From: Marsupella aquatica
Taxonomy: Eukaryota; Plantae; Marchantiophyta
DNA length: 64,000 nt
Reading direction: 5' to 3'
NCBI GenBank assembly: GCA_973895155.1
Contig: OZ316899.1
Location: 13,581,934 to 13,645,933, forward strand
Part shown: positions 38,101 to 52,121 of the stretch, in pieces
Numbering within the stretch: the stretch's first letter is position 1
How the letters are laid out: the number at the start of each line of letters is the position of its first letter
The notes under the pieces: model-generated
Database searches by the model: none
Told to the model about the DNA's origin: nothing
The model's input: the letters and a program-made list of their open reading frames with translations, nothing else
Position numbers and translations under genes: made by a program

Positions 38101-39176
38101 TCCGTGATTGTTTTTACCCCCTCCGCAGTTGACTCCCCACTGGAACAAGTAGCTTCTTCAATGATGGTGTTGATCTCCACTATAGTAGACACAATCGGCT
38201 TCAGCCTTCCTTTTAGCCTTAGCATTTTCAACCTCATTTTTTTGGTAGCAGGCCGACACCTTATTCTGTTTGAAACACCCGGTTCCAAACTCTCCTTACT
38301 TATTGTGACAGCAGGTACTCCGTCTCGAATTGACTACACCTCCTCTTTATTTGCCTGCGTAGCTGCCTTGCCTGCCGAGTGAGCCTTTGTAATCGGAGTG
38401 ACCTTTTTATCAACCAGCGCTGCCGACTCCGGCCACTGTGCCATAGCGCTTGATGAAAATCGCCAGATTGTCTTTAGGATCCTTTGATAGAACAAGTTCC
38501 TCCACTTGAACTTGTGTTTCTGCGTTTTTATCCACAAGAATTGATTCCAAGAAGGCGGCCTAATTGCGAAGCAACTGTCGGCCGGAACTTCCTGAAATTC
38601 TGTCTCACCCTCCTGAATTATTGGTTTCATACGACTCTCCTTTGCCAACATTATTGGAATCACAAATGGGCTCTTCCTCAATCTCTAAAATGATTGGCCC
38701 TATGGAGTTTGTGTCCTCCATCCAAAGTCCACTGGGGGGTGTATCAGGTCCGAACACACTCTCTTTTGTAACCCCAGTTAGGCATTCCAGCCAACGCACA
38801 TCATCAGCGGATTCTAACCCAGTATCATAGTTGTCTGCTTCATGAATCAACCTTGCCGCTTCATCCTCCACCTCCCATGACATGGTGATAGGTGGAGTTC
38901 TGAATGTAAACTATTTCGTTCCCCAGTTTTTCACAACTTTTGCAAGGTACAACCATGGTCGCCCTATCAAAACCCTAAATGAGGTGGGATTCACTGGCTT
39001 CATCACAATGTAATTGATACTGAACACAATACCACCAATCTCTGTACGTATTCCTTGAAGAATGCCAGTGGGCACTACCTGGTAGCCGTTGGCCATATTC
39101 AGTACCCTACCTATCAATTCTGGTTTGAAACCCCAAGCTGCTACTGTTGAGTCAATGAGGATGCATACCCCTGACC
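35141..39176 (-). pseudogene. Gypsy pol (PR-RT-RH-INT), Athila/Tat-like, decayed
   Basis: FMDGYSGYNQI, MPFGLCNAP, FIDDF, WGIDYIGP, SDRGTHF, WLGPY. Confidence 0.9.
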
Positions 39177-42100
39177 AACAAGAGCCTACAAATTACTACG
39201 ATATATCCAGGCTGTGACAATTGTCGGACTATATGCCCTAGGCAATAGCGCTAGAGGCCATAATCCTAATGGACCCAGCCTATGATGGGAAAAAGGCCTG
39301 AAAGGAAGGAGGCAAGAAGAAGGTCGACGCAGAACAATCCGCCGAGGCCAGTCTGTCAGATTCTATAAGCACTCCAACAAAGACCCCATCAGGTATTACT
39401 CAATTCCTTTTGCATTAGGTGGTGGCTTGCATTGGAACTAACCTTAGCTGGGGTTGCTGACATAACATGGAAGGAATGAGGGTCTCATCTTGGTGAGGGT
39501 GGATGACATAGAACGTCTTTGAAATCCAGACCCCTCCACATGTCGGCGAGGCTTGTCGAGATTAAGTGTCCGGTCCAGTCCAGATGTTGGCAAGGCTTGC
39601 CAAGATGAAGTATTAGTTGAGTAATAAGTTGCTTGCATATAATGAACCCAATCTTGGCGAGGCTCGCCAAGATGCAGTTGCCATGATGAAGCTCATCAAT
39701 TTGCATCCTATGCAGGTTATGCAGAGATCCAAACGGAACCTGGTTCTGTCAAGAGCAAGGGTGTAGAGCCAGATACAAAGGCAGCAGTCAAGGATGGTCC
39801 AGGGGTTGAGGAGGGTCCGGAGCACAAGGGTACACAGCCAATAGTCAATTTGGGTCCAGACAAGGCTCCATTGCAAGAATTTGACTTGCCTCCGCATGAG
39901 GCTCCTGAAGTACAAGATGAACTGGCTAACGAGCAGCAAGGTGAGGATGATGTGGGTGAGCAAGAGGAAGAGGACAAAGGAAAAAGGACAATCCGGAGAC
40001 AAAGGGCGCTTGTTTGATATCTCTCTTGTACCTTACCGGCCGCCATTATTGTCATGGCAAAAGGAAAAGGCTGTAAAAAGAAAGCAAACTAGGCAACCCA
40101 GAGCTCCCAAAGGGAGTCCAAGCAAAGCACGTGACAAGGAATTTCCTCCTCTTCCTTCCCCTACTATATTGCCTCCCCCACCCGACACTGGAGAGGTTTT
40201 GCCCACAACCATCCAACCTGACCCCACATTGGAAAATGAGGAGGATCAAGAGGCCCTCGGAGAAGAGGATAATACAGAGGTGGAAGGGGTAAGGCGTTCT
40301 TACACCAATACCATGTCTTCCTAGAGCAGACATATGTATTTTAGGTGGTCTCCAAATCTGTTTACAACTTTTTTTGATGCGACTGAAGAAGGTACCAAAT
40401 CCCCTGTAGTTAGTCAATTGATCTCATGGTGCAGAAAGCTATTGCGGGAAGGTTTGTGTCAAAATGCCTAGAGAAAAGGGGGGAAGTGAGTCAAGACTAG
40501 TGCAGATTTAATTTTGATACATATGGGAATAGACATGTGTATAGTCAAGGATAAGTCCACCCCATTGTGGAATTCGTTTCGGGAAGACAATTTGAATCGG
40601 GTTCAGGAGTTTGCTCGAGATGTCCTTGATTCCAAGGGACTGTTTGCCATCATGCACAGTGGTTTGCTTTGGCACTTGACTTGTATTTATGATGCATTAG
40701 TTTACGAGAATACCAACTAGGGGTTGAGAGAAAGCTTCTTTATCTGGAACGACACACCTGCCTACAACAGTAGGACTAGGGAGCGAGTAAGTCCCATCAA
40801 TTACCTACTTCCTCATTCATTTTTTATTCCAATGACTTATTGTCCTAAACTAAGGAAGTCTGACCTCTGAATGTGTTTGGCTAATCCAGAGCAAATATCT
40901 CAAGCTAGACCTGTGGGGGTTTAAGTCTGTTGTAGAGTTGTGCCCAAAGGACGATGTGGCACCAATTAGTGCAAAGCTTGATATGAAGAGTAGGAATGGG
41001 TTAGGTGGATTGCATGATTGAGGACTACCATTTTTCTCCACTTTTCTCCTAAAAAAGGACTCAAGTCCTTTCCATGTTGCATTAAATGTGCAACATGTCC
41101 CTCGATGGCCAAGATTGAAAATTCATAGATCAAAGGCTAGAATTAAATGATTGAGAAATGATTCCATTATAACCATTTTTGGATTTAGTAGCCAAACTCT
41201 AATTTAAGTCATAAAGTACTTACATGCAAGAAGTGTTTAATAAATGTCCTTGGGGAAGCAACCTGCATTGAATTGACTTTGGAAAGTGGACGATAATGTC
41301 CTATTGTCCCGCGTCGTCAAGGACTATTTGAAAACAAGGACTCCAAGTCCTTCCATCCTAGCCGCAACAATGACAATAGTGGTAAGGACTTGTGGACGCA
41401 ACAAGTTTTATCAACATTCCACAATTTCTCAAACTTTTTGATGGTGAAAACCGAGCTTGATAACCATAGTTGCCAAAATCAGAAAGTAGTTAACGTTTCA
41501 GTGTCGGGTGAGGAAGGGAGAGCAACAATCATTAGCAAACTTGGTGTAGGTATTTTGCGCACATTTGCAAGATAAGAGGTCTACCTTCCATGGATGCATT
41601 GACTCACATTGTTTGCAATTGATTTAGAGGACTCTCGTTCAAACCATTGAGAATATAGGGGAGCTTTCATTGCAAAATAGCTTGAAGCTAGACATTGGGA
41701 GCTTTCTTTGCATTAGCTTGAAGCTAGACATTGGCAGTCAGTGGAGGAGCTTTGGAAGGAGCTTTGTTGGCAACACAGGCAAGGTAGTGAAGGAAGTTCA
41801 AATTGAGGGGAGCTTTTTTGACAGTCAAACTGTACAATAGCTTGGTATGTTAAATGTCATTTGCAAATTCTAGATTAAGTTTGAATTGAACAACTATATC
41901 AGAAATCTATTCTTCAGATGGTGTCTTAAGCTTCCACCGGTCGCCTTACGTTTGGTTTGCGCAATCAGGAAACTCTCAAAACAATGGCTAGCTTTGTTTT
42001 GGTTCCTTAGCTGACTTTTGATAGGTCATAGCGCCCTGTTTGTAGTTTTCAAACAACTATACCAATGAATCACAGATTGAGTACAAGCCTTCTCAGTAAT

Positions 42101-42816
42101 CAAACCCTTTAAAGTGACTATTAATATGTTTAAATTGGATGAAGGGCCCACGGTTGGCCTGAAGCCAGTGGAGGAAACTTTACCTGCAAGTCATTGGTGA
42201 TTGAACATCCATTTCAATCTGCAACAGCCCTGAGGTTACTGTAGGTGTTCGCCCAATGGTAGTTGAAGTTTTCACCATTGAACACTAGCTTTCCTCAGTG
42301 ATACCTTCTACGCTTTGTTCAAATGCAGTCATGGATGCGTCAACTAATCAGCCAAAAGCTCCTCCAACTTCTACCATTCAGTTAGGAGAAAAGGAGATAG
42401 TTGTCCCACACCTTGTTATCCCTCGTAGCGGCAGAGCGCGAACTACTAGCTAACCCAAAGTTTATGCTTCCCTAGCTATGGACCATGCTACAACTGACTC
42501 TCTTGCTCCCCTATCTGAGAGTACCAAAGCGTTAAAAGGAAAGGCTAAGGTGGAGGTGCCTGTAGAGTCATGGGATCCTGAAGATTACGTTAAGGATGTA
42601 AGATTCTACAGGCACTCAGGCTCCTCCACACCACATTTGGTCTTCCAAACAAAGGTATTAATCCTCATAAGATCAAAGACATTTCCAAGGAACAATTGGC
42701 CAAGGTGTTTGAAGAGAAAGACAGGAATGGGTATAAGCTGAGTCTCTATGTCGGCCTTCCAATTGAGGAGGTTTTGCAACTATCCCAAGTTGTGGATGGT
42801 TACGATTCACCAGTGA

Positions 42817-45800
42817 ATGGATTTCTCCACGGATAGTTGGATTCAGAGGTTTTTGGGAGATGTTGGCACCACAGAGTTGCCACGTTTCATTATGGAGTTT
42901 GAGCGGTGGTGTGATCAACAAAAGTTGCACAACACGGCATTCTCCCCTTTCATGGCATGGCGGGCATTGTTCCAGCACTTGGAGGGGCCACCCATGCATG
43001 ACTATGAGGAGTTTCAGATGATGTATGCTGAGCACATTGAGTCTTGGAGATGCAAGTGGTCTCCAGATTCCGTCTCACTCATAGGTGAAGACGTGTCCTC
43101 AAAGGAGGAAGAGGGTGCTAGCAGCTCTAGCACATCGTTGCCAATCCCCAGGTTCAACCCGATGGTGGAGTTCTTCAAGGTGTTGAAGAAGAATTATCAG
43201 GGTGTCTGCGTGGACAAGTTGTTGAGCCTCCAGACATTCAATAGGATGGAGGGTGAGAGTTTGCGCAAGGCGTACACGCGCATGAGGCGGTTGATCAGTA
43301 CCACAGAGGGCATTACTGATGCCCAGGCTATCGAGATTTGGTACAAGGCCCTGGATAAGGATTTGAGGAACCGGGTTTGGTTTTTGGCGTTGGCCATTGA
43401 TGAGAAACTGACACTGGAGAAAGTTTTCCTGCTTTCTGATACCATTGACATGAACCGGTCAGAGGAGAAGGTTGCCACCCTTGGATTTGGCAAGGAGTCC
43501 CTTGGAGGCAGTGCTGCTAGTCCATGTAGTGGGCAGCAGCCAAATTGATTGGGGAATGTGCCAGGGAGGGCACAGCCCAATGCTCCCGGTGGTGCTATTG
43601 CTAGTGGCAGGAGAGCAGCAGCACCCCAACGTCCCTTTCAGCCCTCTTATGCCACTTAGGTGGAGTGCTGGAGTTGTAAGGGACCTCATAACCAGCCTGA
43701 TTGCCCTGATAGGAAGGGTCCACCTCGTGCAAAGCCGGGCGGAGCTGCCCCTAGACAGCCCGATCTTAGGCATTGTGACCATTGTCACCAAGATGGGCAT
43801 ACTATTGATAGGTGTTTTGAGCTGCGTCTAGAGATGCGGTTTGGTGTTGCCCGTAGGGGAGTTTCTCCTAGAGGTCGTGGAGGCCCCACCCTGGTTGTGG
43901 AGGTGACAGGGTAGTCCCCGTAGCCAGTGCACAAACCACCAATCTTGCAGCAGCCACCAGTATCCAGGAGTTGGAGAAACAGTTGGCAGCAGCCAATTTG
44001 GCGTTGCGGGCCCCTAGCAGAGGAGAGGCCTCTAGTTCTTGCACCATGGACAGTTCCCAGATTGCTTTTGGATTCAGTGACTTGGATTACATGTGAAGTG
44101 TTGCACAATTAGATAGTGGTGCAGCTATCACCAGAGCAGTGGCTAGGGTTGCTGAGCCACGAGGTGCTGCCGTGGAGCTGGATCCACCATGAGGGAAGGC
44201 CAGCCGGCAACAGAGATTACCATAGAGTTTTACATTGATGGATACTGCACGGACTTCTACTATGGCACCCATTGCTGACAATTGTGGACCTTCTGTCCAC
44301 TCTCATGATCACATGGGGCCACCCAACATTGATTCTAACATGGTAATTAGCCCAGTGTTGGGGGCGGCTAGAGCCTTGTGTCAGGTTCCATTGTTTTTTT
44401 GTGCTCAATTATCTTCTCTTGGAGTTCCTGTTGCAGATGTGTTGCGCCAAGCAGCTACATTGTATGATACTGGAGCAGTTTTGGCATCTAGCTGTGACAC
44501 AGCTGGTCCACCGGTTGGCCCAGATGACACAAGGTCCAACCATTCTTTGCTGAGAGATGCTGGGACTTCTTGGCAGGCTTCTGCTGCTTGATTGAGTGAG
44601 CTCCCTGCCAGACCAGGCATTGATCTGAGTGTTGTGACTCCTGGTGTGGTTGTGGTGGACAATCGTGCTGGTGTTTTTACATTGGTTGGCCCTAGTGGCA
44701 CAGTGTATGTGCCACCCCATGTATTGTTGGATTCAGGTGTACAACCTCTCATGCTGGGGAAAGCAGCTGTCCAGGGCTTGGGCTTAAAGAATGCTGAGGT
44801 GGAGCCTTGCCCATTTCAGATTCATACATCTCTTGGCGTCCAAGAGAAGGCACAGCACATGATGCAAGACAACCTCATTGTGAGGTTAAATCCCCACCGC
44901 ACTGGAGATGACTCTACCTTGAAGGTGCGAGCCGTTGTCACACTTGTAGAGTCTTATGATGTTTTGGTAGGGGGAGCCGTACTCTACCCCATGGGCTTTG
45001 TGTTGGATTACTAGCAGGAGACTGTTCACTATCGACCAGGATGGCAGTCTGGAGATGGTAGGAAGTGTGAGCTACCAGTCCACTATTTCCTACGTCGGAC
45101 TGAGCCATCACCAGAGAATGGAGGGTAATGCCCATGCTACAGACATCCCCGTAGCAGAGCAGTTGCACGACTCCTAAGGTAATCACAGCATTCCCGTTGT
45201 CCCACAGGTATGGGGTTCCACTCCTGAGTTATAGCAACATGTTGATTCATATATATAGGCAGCATGGCGTGAACCATTTGCCCCTTTAGCGGAGCCACCT
45301 GTGGTGGATGGCATTCCCAGGTTGATCACTGTGTCCCCTTTAGACATCACTCCCATTTTGTGGACATACCCTACTGAGGGTATTCGCTTGTTGGAATTGT
45401 TTGGTGGCATGAGCACTGGTTACCTGCTGTCTTACATGCTGACATTAGAGTGCAGCAGTATCTCTATGTGGAGCGCAATGACACAGCCCGACGTGTCTCA
45501 CTACGTCATGTTGCTCAGTTGCATCAGCAGTTCCCTGATTTGTTGCCTCTATCAGCAGTAGCATGTCTCTCCTACCTACATTCTGGAGAATGTTCCCTTG
45601 TTGGGTGATACTCGGTCATAGATGGTGGCTAGTATGCACCAAGTGAGGTCCTAGTTAGGACCTGCTGTTTTTTTAGATGTTGCTAGTGTCGGATCGACAG
45701 CACATTGTCCACGATTATGGTGGACCAACTTGATGCCGCCTGAGGTTTTGCAGAGGGCATATCAGCACATTGTGCAGCCTGTTGGGCTCACTGTGGACCA

Positions 45801-46965
45801 CATTTTGGATGCTGGACGACATGCACAGCTGGTGCGTCACGATGATCGCTCCCCATTGGCAGTGGTGAACCGGGTTGGTCAGCCCCGTGCAACACTTCCC
45901 ACTTTGGTGAGTTTCCCCTCATCATATGCTTACCGTAATGGTGGACTGGGGTTAATTTGGGATTCCCAGCACAGAGAGTTGATGGAACCTATTGCTGATG
46001 AGCGTGAGCGTGCTATGGGATTTCAGACTTGCCCCACGGCAGTACCCTCAGTGACTGAAGTAGCACGCCGTCACATTCTGGGTCAGGCTATGGATCTTAA
46101 TTGTTTGACTTGGATTGTGAGCTTAGCCTTGGCAGAGCAGCGCCGATTACAATCTGTGACACCTCAACATGGATGCTCTTCCTCTATTGGGTCCTTAGAG
46201 ATCAGAACAAGGGGCGACAGTGCCAGAAATTGTCATCCCTGGACTTCATGGGGAGTCAGTGGAGAGGCCAGTGGGCTTTCTTTTTTGGAGCAACATGGTA
46301 TTGCTGCTCTTGAGGTTGCAGCATAGCAACCACAGTTGGTGTTCTCTGCAACTTCTGCCAAGGTTACCATTGACAGTTGGGAGCCAACTATTGGCCCCAA
46401 GATCACTGAAGGTGAGAAACAACGTGTACAACAGTTTCTACAGAGTTATGGAAGTTGTTTTGCTTTCAGCATGCAGGATTTGGGCATGTTAAAGGGACCA
46501 AGCATCCGGATAGATTTGGCAGTTGATGCACCCATCTTTCGGAGACCATATCGGTATTCCGATATGGAGAGGGCACTAATTCAGGCAAGATGCCAGGATT
46601 TGTTGGCAGCAGGACTTGTGGAGAAGTCATTTGGTGAGTATGCTTCTGCCATTGTGATTCCAGCAAAGAAGGATATGCATGGCAATTGGACTGACAGGAG
46701 GATGTGTGGAGACTATTGTCCAATTAATCGGCAGACTAAGTCTAACAGGTATGCCATGCCCACACCAGAGGAGATATTTGATGCCATTGGGCATGCGAGA
46801 GTGTTTAGCACATTGGATCTCAGGGCTGGATATCACCAGCTGCCTATTAGGATTGGTGACAGGCAGAAGACAACATTCTGGGGGATTGATGCTCATGGGA
46901 AGGATGTGTTGTATCAGTGGCTATTCTTACCGTTTGGATTGAAGAATGCGCCAGCTGAATTTCAG
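42817..46965 (+). mobile_element. Degenerate relative of the DNMT-Gypsy element (gag-PR-DNMT-partial RT)
   Basis: Collinear homology: WRALFQHLEGPP, LLDSGVQ, LLELFGGMSTG, ENV, ERERAMGF, LGQAMDLNCL, RMCGDY; many stops; truncated within RT. Confidence 0.9.
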
Positions 46966-47004
46966 AGTAATTTGAATTCCTCTGAGAGATGTCTGCCGAA
47001 CTCG

Positions 47005-50000
47005 AGTCGTTGGAATTCGGGAGGCGATTAAGAACGTTGGACAGCCAGTGTGGGAGTTGAAGGGTCACACTTTGGCTTGGACCAAGGAAGCCATTCTTGG
47101 AGAGTTCTTAGGAACTGAAGAGATGAAGCGTAAAGGTAGTTCGGCGTCTGCAACACCAGCTAAGCGGAATCGATCGGAGAGGCAGGTCAAGGCTGAAGCC
47201 GTGCCAGTTTGTGATAGGGCAGTAGAGGATAAGTTTATGACGGGTTGGGCAGATAAGCCACCGGCCGACTTACAACTATAGTTTGCACAAGAAGAAGATG
47301 AGGTCTTCTGTGCTATCCAGGATAACAAGTATTTTGGATACATGAACGACACCGGCTTAGAGGGATTCATTTGGTTACCACGACGGTTAATTGACATAAC
47401 AGACAAAGATCTGTTAGACTTTGTAGGATGTTAGGAGGCTTCTTCTAACACGACACTGACATATGGGAAGGTGGTGGAATTAACGCCAGCACTAATTGAA
47501 GCCGTCTTCGCTCTTCCACAAGGGAATAAAACTAAGGTGGAGCAGCGAATGACATTGTCGGATAACCAATTCCGATCATTTCCAGGGCCCTCTACTAAGA
47601 ATGGGTTCTTTAGAAATCAATGCACTAATCCACATGTGGGGCAGTTGATTGATTTCTTACGAGTCACGCTACACTATACAGTGCCGAGAGCAGAGATCGG
47701 CAAAGCCCAGGTATTTTTGGTGGAGAATATCGATTCAAGCCAAGACTACAATGGCTATCTTTTAATGCAATTAAAGAAGGCATTGAATGAAGAGAAGCAG
47801 AGTATTGGGAAAGGAGCGGTATCCAAAATAGGGTACCATCTGCAATTACTTTGCCGATATGCAAGAAGCCAGTCTTTGCACCCGTGTTACCACTATAGGA
47901 GAGGACGGCGATTACAACACGGGTGGAGGAGGAGGACGAGCAGCCCCTGAACAAGCGACGGCAAGAGAAGAGGTCGGCAACACAGGCAATCCAGGGACGG
48001 GAGAATAGGCCGGAGTGGTGGACCTTGCCACCCAGTGCCCTCACCAATCCTAGCACTCATGCCTAAGTGCCCTTGGTGCCCGAACGCCTCCACGGAATAC
48101 CCCGAGCAAGTAACCTAGTGCCCCTTGCACCGCCAGCGGCCCCTTCCATACGAAGCCGCACTTGCTCTCTAACACGACCGCTACTCAACGGTCCTCCCTA
48201 CCTGCACAAGCAACCAAACACCTCGGTAAGTAACCCTTCAGGATCTAGAACTCGCCAAGTCTAGCATCCTAACTCAAGCTCAACAGACGTTGGTAAATAG
48301 GTCAGTGATAGGTCCTCCCGATGCCATAAGCCGGAACCAGAACCCACGCCCACCGTTTGTCAAGAACAGCTCCTTCCTTGGGCGCGGCCCAGGTTCCCCC
48401 TCGTACCTATCCATCACCAACTGACCACCCTGACCTCAGGACATGCTCATGGCCCAAATAGCGTAGCTTGTCCTAAAGCTTGTCCCAAGCTTGTCTCAAC
48501 ACGCCGAGACCAGAATGGCCCCGACTGTAACAACCGCTCCCGGTTCGCCCCACTGATGGTCTAGGGACCAAGCACCCTTGGGACTCAGCCTCCATACCTA
48601 CTTGGCCTTGCCTCCCCAACGCAAGCTCCCTTGGGAGGCTGAACGCGGCTTGGCTGCTGTTCGGCAGGATTTGGGAAGCGGACGAGCTAACACCCGCAAA
48701 CCACGAGAACCCATGGCACCCCCAGACCCATCTAAGCTTAGAAGGGCATAGCTCTCATCAATAGCTTTCCAACGCACCCAAGAAGTCCTCTAACGGACTT
48801 CCCGTTGGGGAGATATCGTCATTTCCGTTTGGCGGTTTCCCTTAGTGTCGCGACCGCCGCGGCTCACGACTTCGGCTCGGCCTTAGCCCCCAGGGAGACA
48901 CCACTCCCCTCATATATGCTTCTGGAGACCTGCCACCCCCGGACCAGCTTTGGTCCCTAAACATTTGGCCCCCAACCCGGATCCCATCACGCATTATGGG
49001 TGCGCCACCAACTGGGAACGCCCATAACTTTCTTGATAGGCATCCGCAACCGGGGTGCCTTAGCCCGTTGTGACCAGGCCGACCCAGTGCTCATGCCTAG
49101 GCCCTCAGGTCTGATCGTCGCTTGGGGCCCCCGACCGGCCCAACCCGGATCGGGCCACAACTTGCGCCCCAAGCGTCCGTTGCCAATGGCGTCAACTCCA
49201 TTGGCCTTGGGCCCAAGAGGAGCTCACTCCCAAGCCCTCAGAACTCAAAGTCCATCCGACGGTCCGGACGGCCATCCTTGAGCCCGGCCCATTTCCCCTT
49301 GACCCGACCAGCCATAGGCTAGTCCAAGTCCTTAGTGTGTGTCCCCAGCTTGGCCCCTTGCCTTGCTAGTGCGACGTCTCATTGCCCACAAGTCTCCCCA
49401 TGCTAAGTCCTCCCCAGATGGCCTATCCGGGCCTGGACCATAAGGGAGCTCGGCGTCGGAGTCAACAACGCCGGAGCTAAGTGTTAAGGTAGTCGAGTTC
49501 CGCGACTGCCGGCACACAGGCAGTCCAGGGACGGGAGAATCCCCCTCTCAAGGAACCAGAGGTGGTAACATATGATGAGGTGAGAAATCCGTTGCGACGG
49601 CCTACTCGTAATAAGCCATATGCAGGTATTCAACTGGTAGAGAGGAAGATGACTGCCGAAGAAAGAAAGAAACGAGATGAGCAAATGGATTTGGAGTCAG
49701 AAGATGGAAGCCGAGGCCGTAGTCAGGAGAGGCTAGTCCTTAGAGCTCCTAGTCGGGCCCGAGTGGAGGAACCGGTGGAGGTAAATCAACCAGTGGCAGC
49801 CCAACAATACTCAGAGGAGGAGATTGGGGGCTTTGCAGAAGAGGCGGCATGCTCGGTAGTCAGGTTAATGTGGATGACTATGACAATGTTTATGTCGATC
49901 ATGGGGAGAGACTGGTGCCTGGAGTGAGAACGTTGGGAAGGTTTTGTAGAAGACTTCCCTCAGTCTTTTATGGCAAGCCGGAGGATTAGAAAACCCCAGA

Positions 50001-52121
50001 GTCTCCTCCACCGGACGTGACACCATTGGAATTTGACCGAATGAAGGAAGCCGAGGCAGGTTTGAAGGAGAAACTCGATGAGTGGAGGGCCCAAAATGAC
50101 ATACAAGAATGGCAGCTACCAGGTAGTGATTGGCCGGAGGAAATAAAATGGCTTAGTGAGAAGCAGGCTGAGGCACCAGTGGTCGATGGTACGGTTGCCA
50201 TGAAATTCTGCAGGTGCCAGTAGAGGTTTTCTGAAGCAAGTGTAGATGTCCTTGTAGACTGTGTAGTGCTGGACTCGTTGTTGATGATGTCCCGGACCCA
50301 AGCGGGGATGTGGTCAAAGTGGTGCCGCTGTAAGTCGATCGTGCCCGGGATAGTGAAGACCGCGTCCGGAAGCCAAAGCAATGCTTCCCAAAAACCAATA
50401 TATTTGCCTCCGTCAAAGAAGTACCTTGATATCTCTTCGTGTCGGTAAAGCTCGCTTTGGGACGGGTAGTCAAAGTTAAGGAGATAGTGATGGCAGCTTG
50501 CTAGGCGGATGGCTCTCTCGTACTCATGCTCGATCTTTTATCGTCGCGGGTTGGCGTATTTTAATGAGTTGGCCAAGTGCAGCCCGATAGACAAGAATTG
50601 CGTCCAGAATCGCAAGGCCAAACTAGAAAGGATCGTGTGCAACATTCAGGGGAGATAGAAGGCGACTAAGGATAAGCGAGAGAATTGGGGTCAAAGCTGG
50701 CGTGTGAACTGAAGAATTGGTGCACTGCAAAGGATCGCCCCCCTTTTTATACCCTGAGAGCTCGTCGATCGCCCGACGCCTCCTCGTCGCTTATAGGCTG
50801 AGCCTTTCATGCTTGCAGTGTACCGGCCACTCCGCCGGTCTGGGTCAACGCGTGTCAATGGCCGCCTCCCGAAGTTCATTATACGGACCCGAGGGGGAAA
50901 GGTGAGGGCCCATTACACACTCGTAACCCGGGCGTGCAAATGGCGACCCGCCGCCAGCCCAAACACGAACGCCCCTTATTGACTAACGATTTCCTACTCA
51001 TAATTGTAATTAGGTGATTATTCTAAAAAAGAGAGTTAAAGTATCAAAACCATAAATTTTTAAATTTTTAAAGTTTTTATAAGGCCCTTTAAGCAAATTT
51101 AAGTTAGTATAAGCTCAAATGGGTTCAGCACTTCAGTATTTCCGGCTACCACGCCACTAGCGGGAGATCATCCAGTTGGTAATCCGTGCCCGGCTTCGGC
51201 ATACTTCCGCAACTTCTCTGTTTGATTATTTGCACGCCTCTGCAAGCCGATCATCTTGTCTTTGGCCTCCTCTAGCTCTTGGGATAAATCCTCAACTTCC
51301 TCATTAAGCCGATGCGCCTCATCCTTGGCCGCCTTGAGCTCCTCGTTTAAGATCTGCACGATCTCAAACTCCTTCTTATCCAAAGCGGCTCTCTGGGAAT
51401 AGTTGATGATTTCCAGCTTTGTGACCTCATCCGTCCATGCCTGCTTTGTCCAGGTTATCTCCTCCTGCAGCTCCTTGCGTATCTCTTGGACTCCGCTCAG
51501 GTGATCATTGGCCGTAGTGCAAATGGCGTCCTCATGCTTCTCTTGCATGGCTTCCAACCGGTCGAGTAACTTGTCATACTTCCTTTGGGCTTCTACCAAG
51601 GCCTTCTCGCTCTGGGTGGCCTGGTCCTTAGCCGTCTTTTTGAGCCTCTCGACTTGGCAAATTAGACCCTGTACCTCTACTTTTGAATCGGCTAACTCCA
51701 GCTCTACCTTCGTCAAATTTTCCTTGATCTGCTGGTTATCCAATTGGTAGTTTTCCAATTGGTTGTTTGCCACCTCCAATTCCTGTTGCTTAGCCAAGAG
51801 ATCCTGCTAAGCTTGTTGATCAAACTTTGTCTTAGCAACTTTGGCTTCCATGGAGCGAAGCCGAGCGATTACCTCTTCTTTCTTTAATCGCTCCAACGTC
51901 ATTGCCTCCTCCAACCTTGTTTGGTCAGCCATTTCCTTTCTAAGAAATGGTCCGGATTCTAACTCATTGCCAAAGATTTCTAAGGCTAGCAGTCCACACA
52001 TGTCTCCATACTCCCTAGCCCGATCCGTCGCATATTTTGACCTGCCAGGTGATACTGGCATCTGCCAACGAGGCCGTTTCTTCCAAGCTTCGGCCCGTAA
52101 TTGATCGAAGTGAGTGAGAGG
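47005..52121. mobile_element. Third family Y accessory-ORF copy, split by an insertion (48007-49513) and an inversion (50173-52121)
   Basis: ORFs 47048..47950 and 49562..50170 (+) and 51168..52061 (-) match 19660-22240. Confidence 0.75.
48007..49513 (-). mobile_element. Insertion related to 9928-11100, flanked by a 27-bp duplication
   Basis: ACACAGGCARTCCAGGGACGGGAGAAT at 47980-48006 and 49514-49540. Confidence 0.75.

Larger units (their letters stand above)
18220..39176 (-). mobile_element. Athila/Tat-like Gypsy element (family Y), 5'-truncated and split by nested insertions
   Basis: pol 39176->35141; spacer; the accessory ORF rejoins as GAAGTG|GAGTCA across 34748/22386; PPT GGAAGGAGGA; LTR 19102->18220. 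Confidence 0.75.

Noticed and set aside
39180-42800. Host gene in the unassigned interval
   Set aside because: Only short low-complexity ORFs with no recognisable domain; left unannotated
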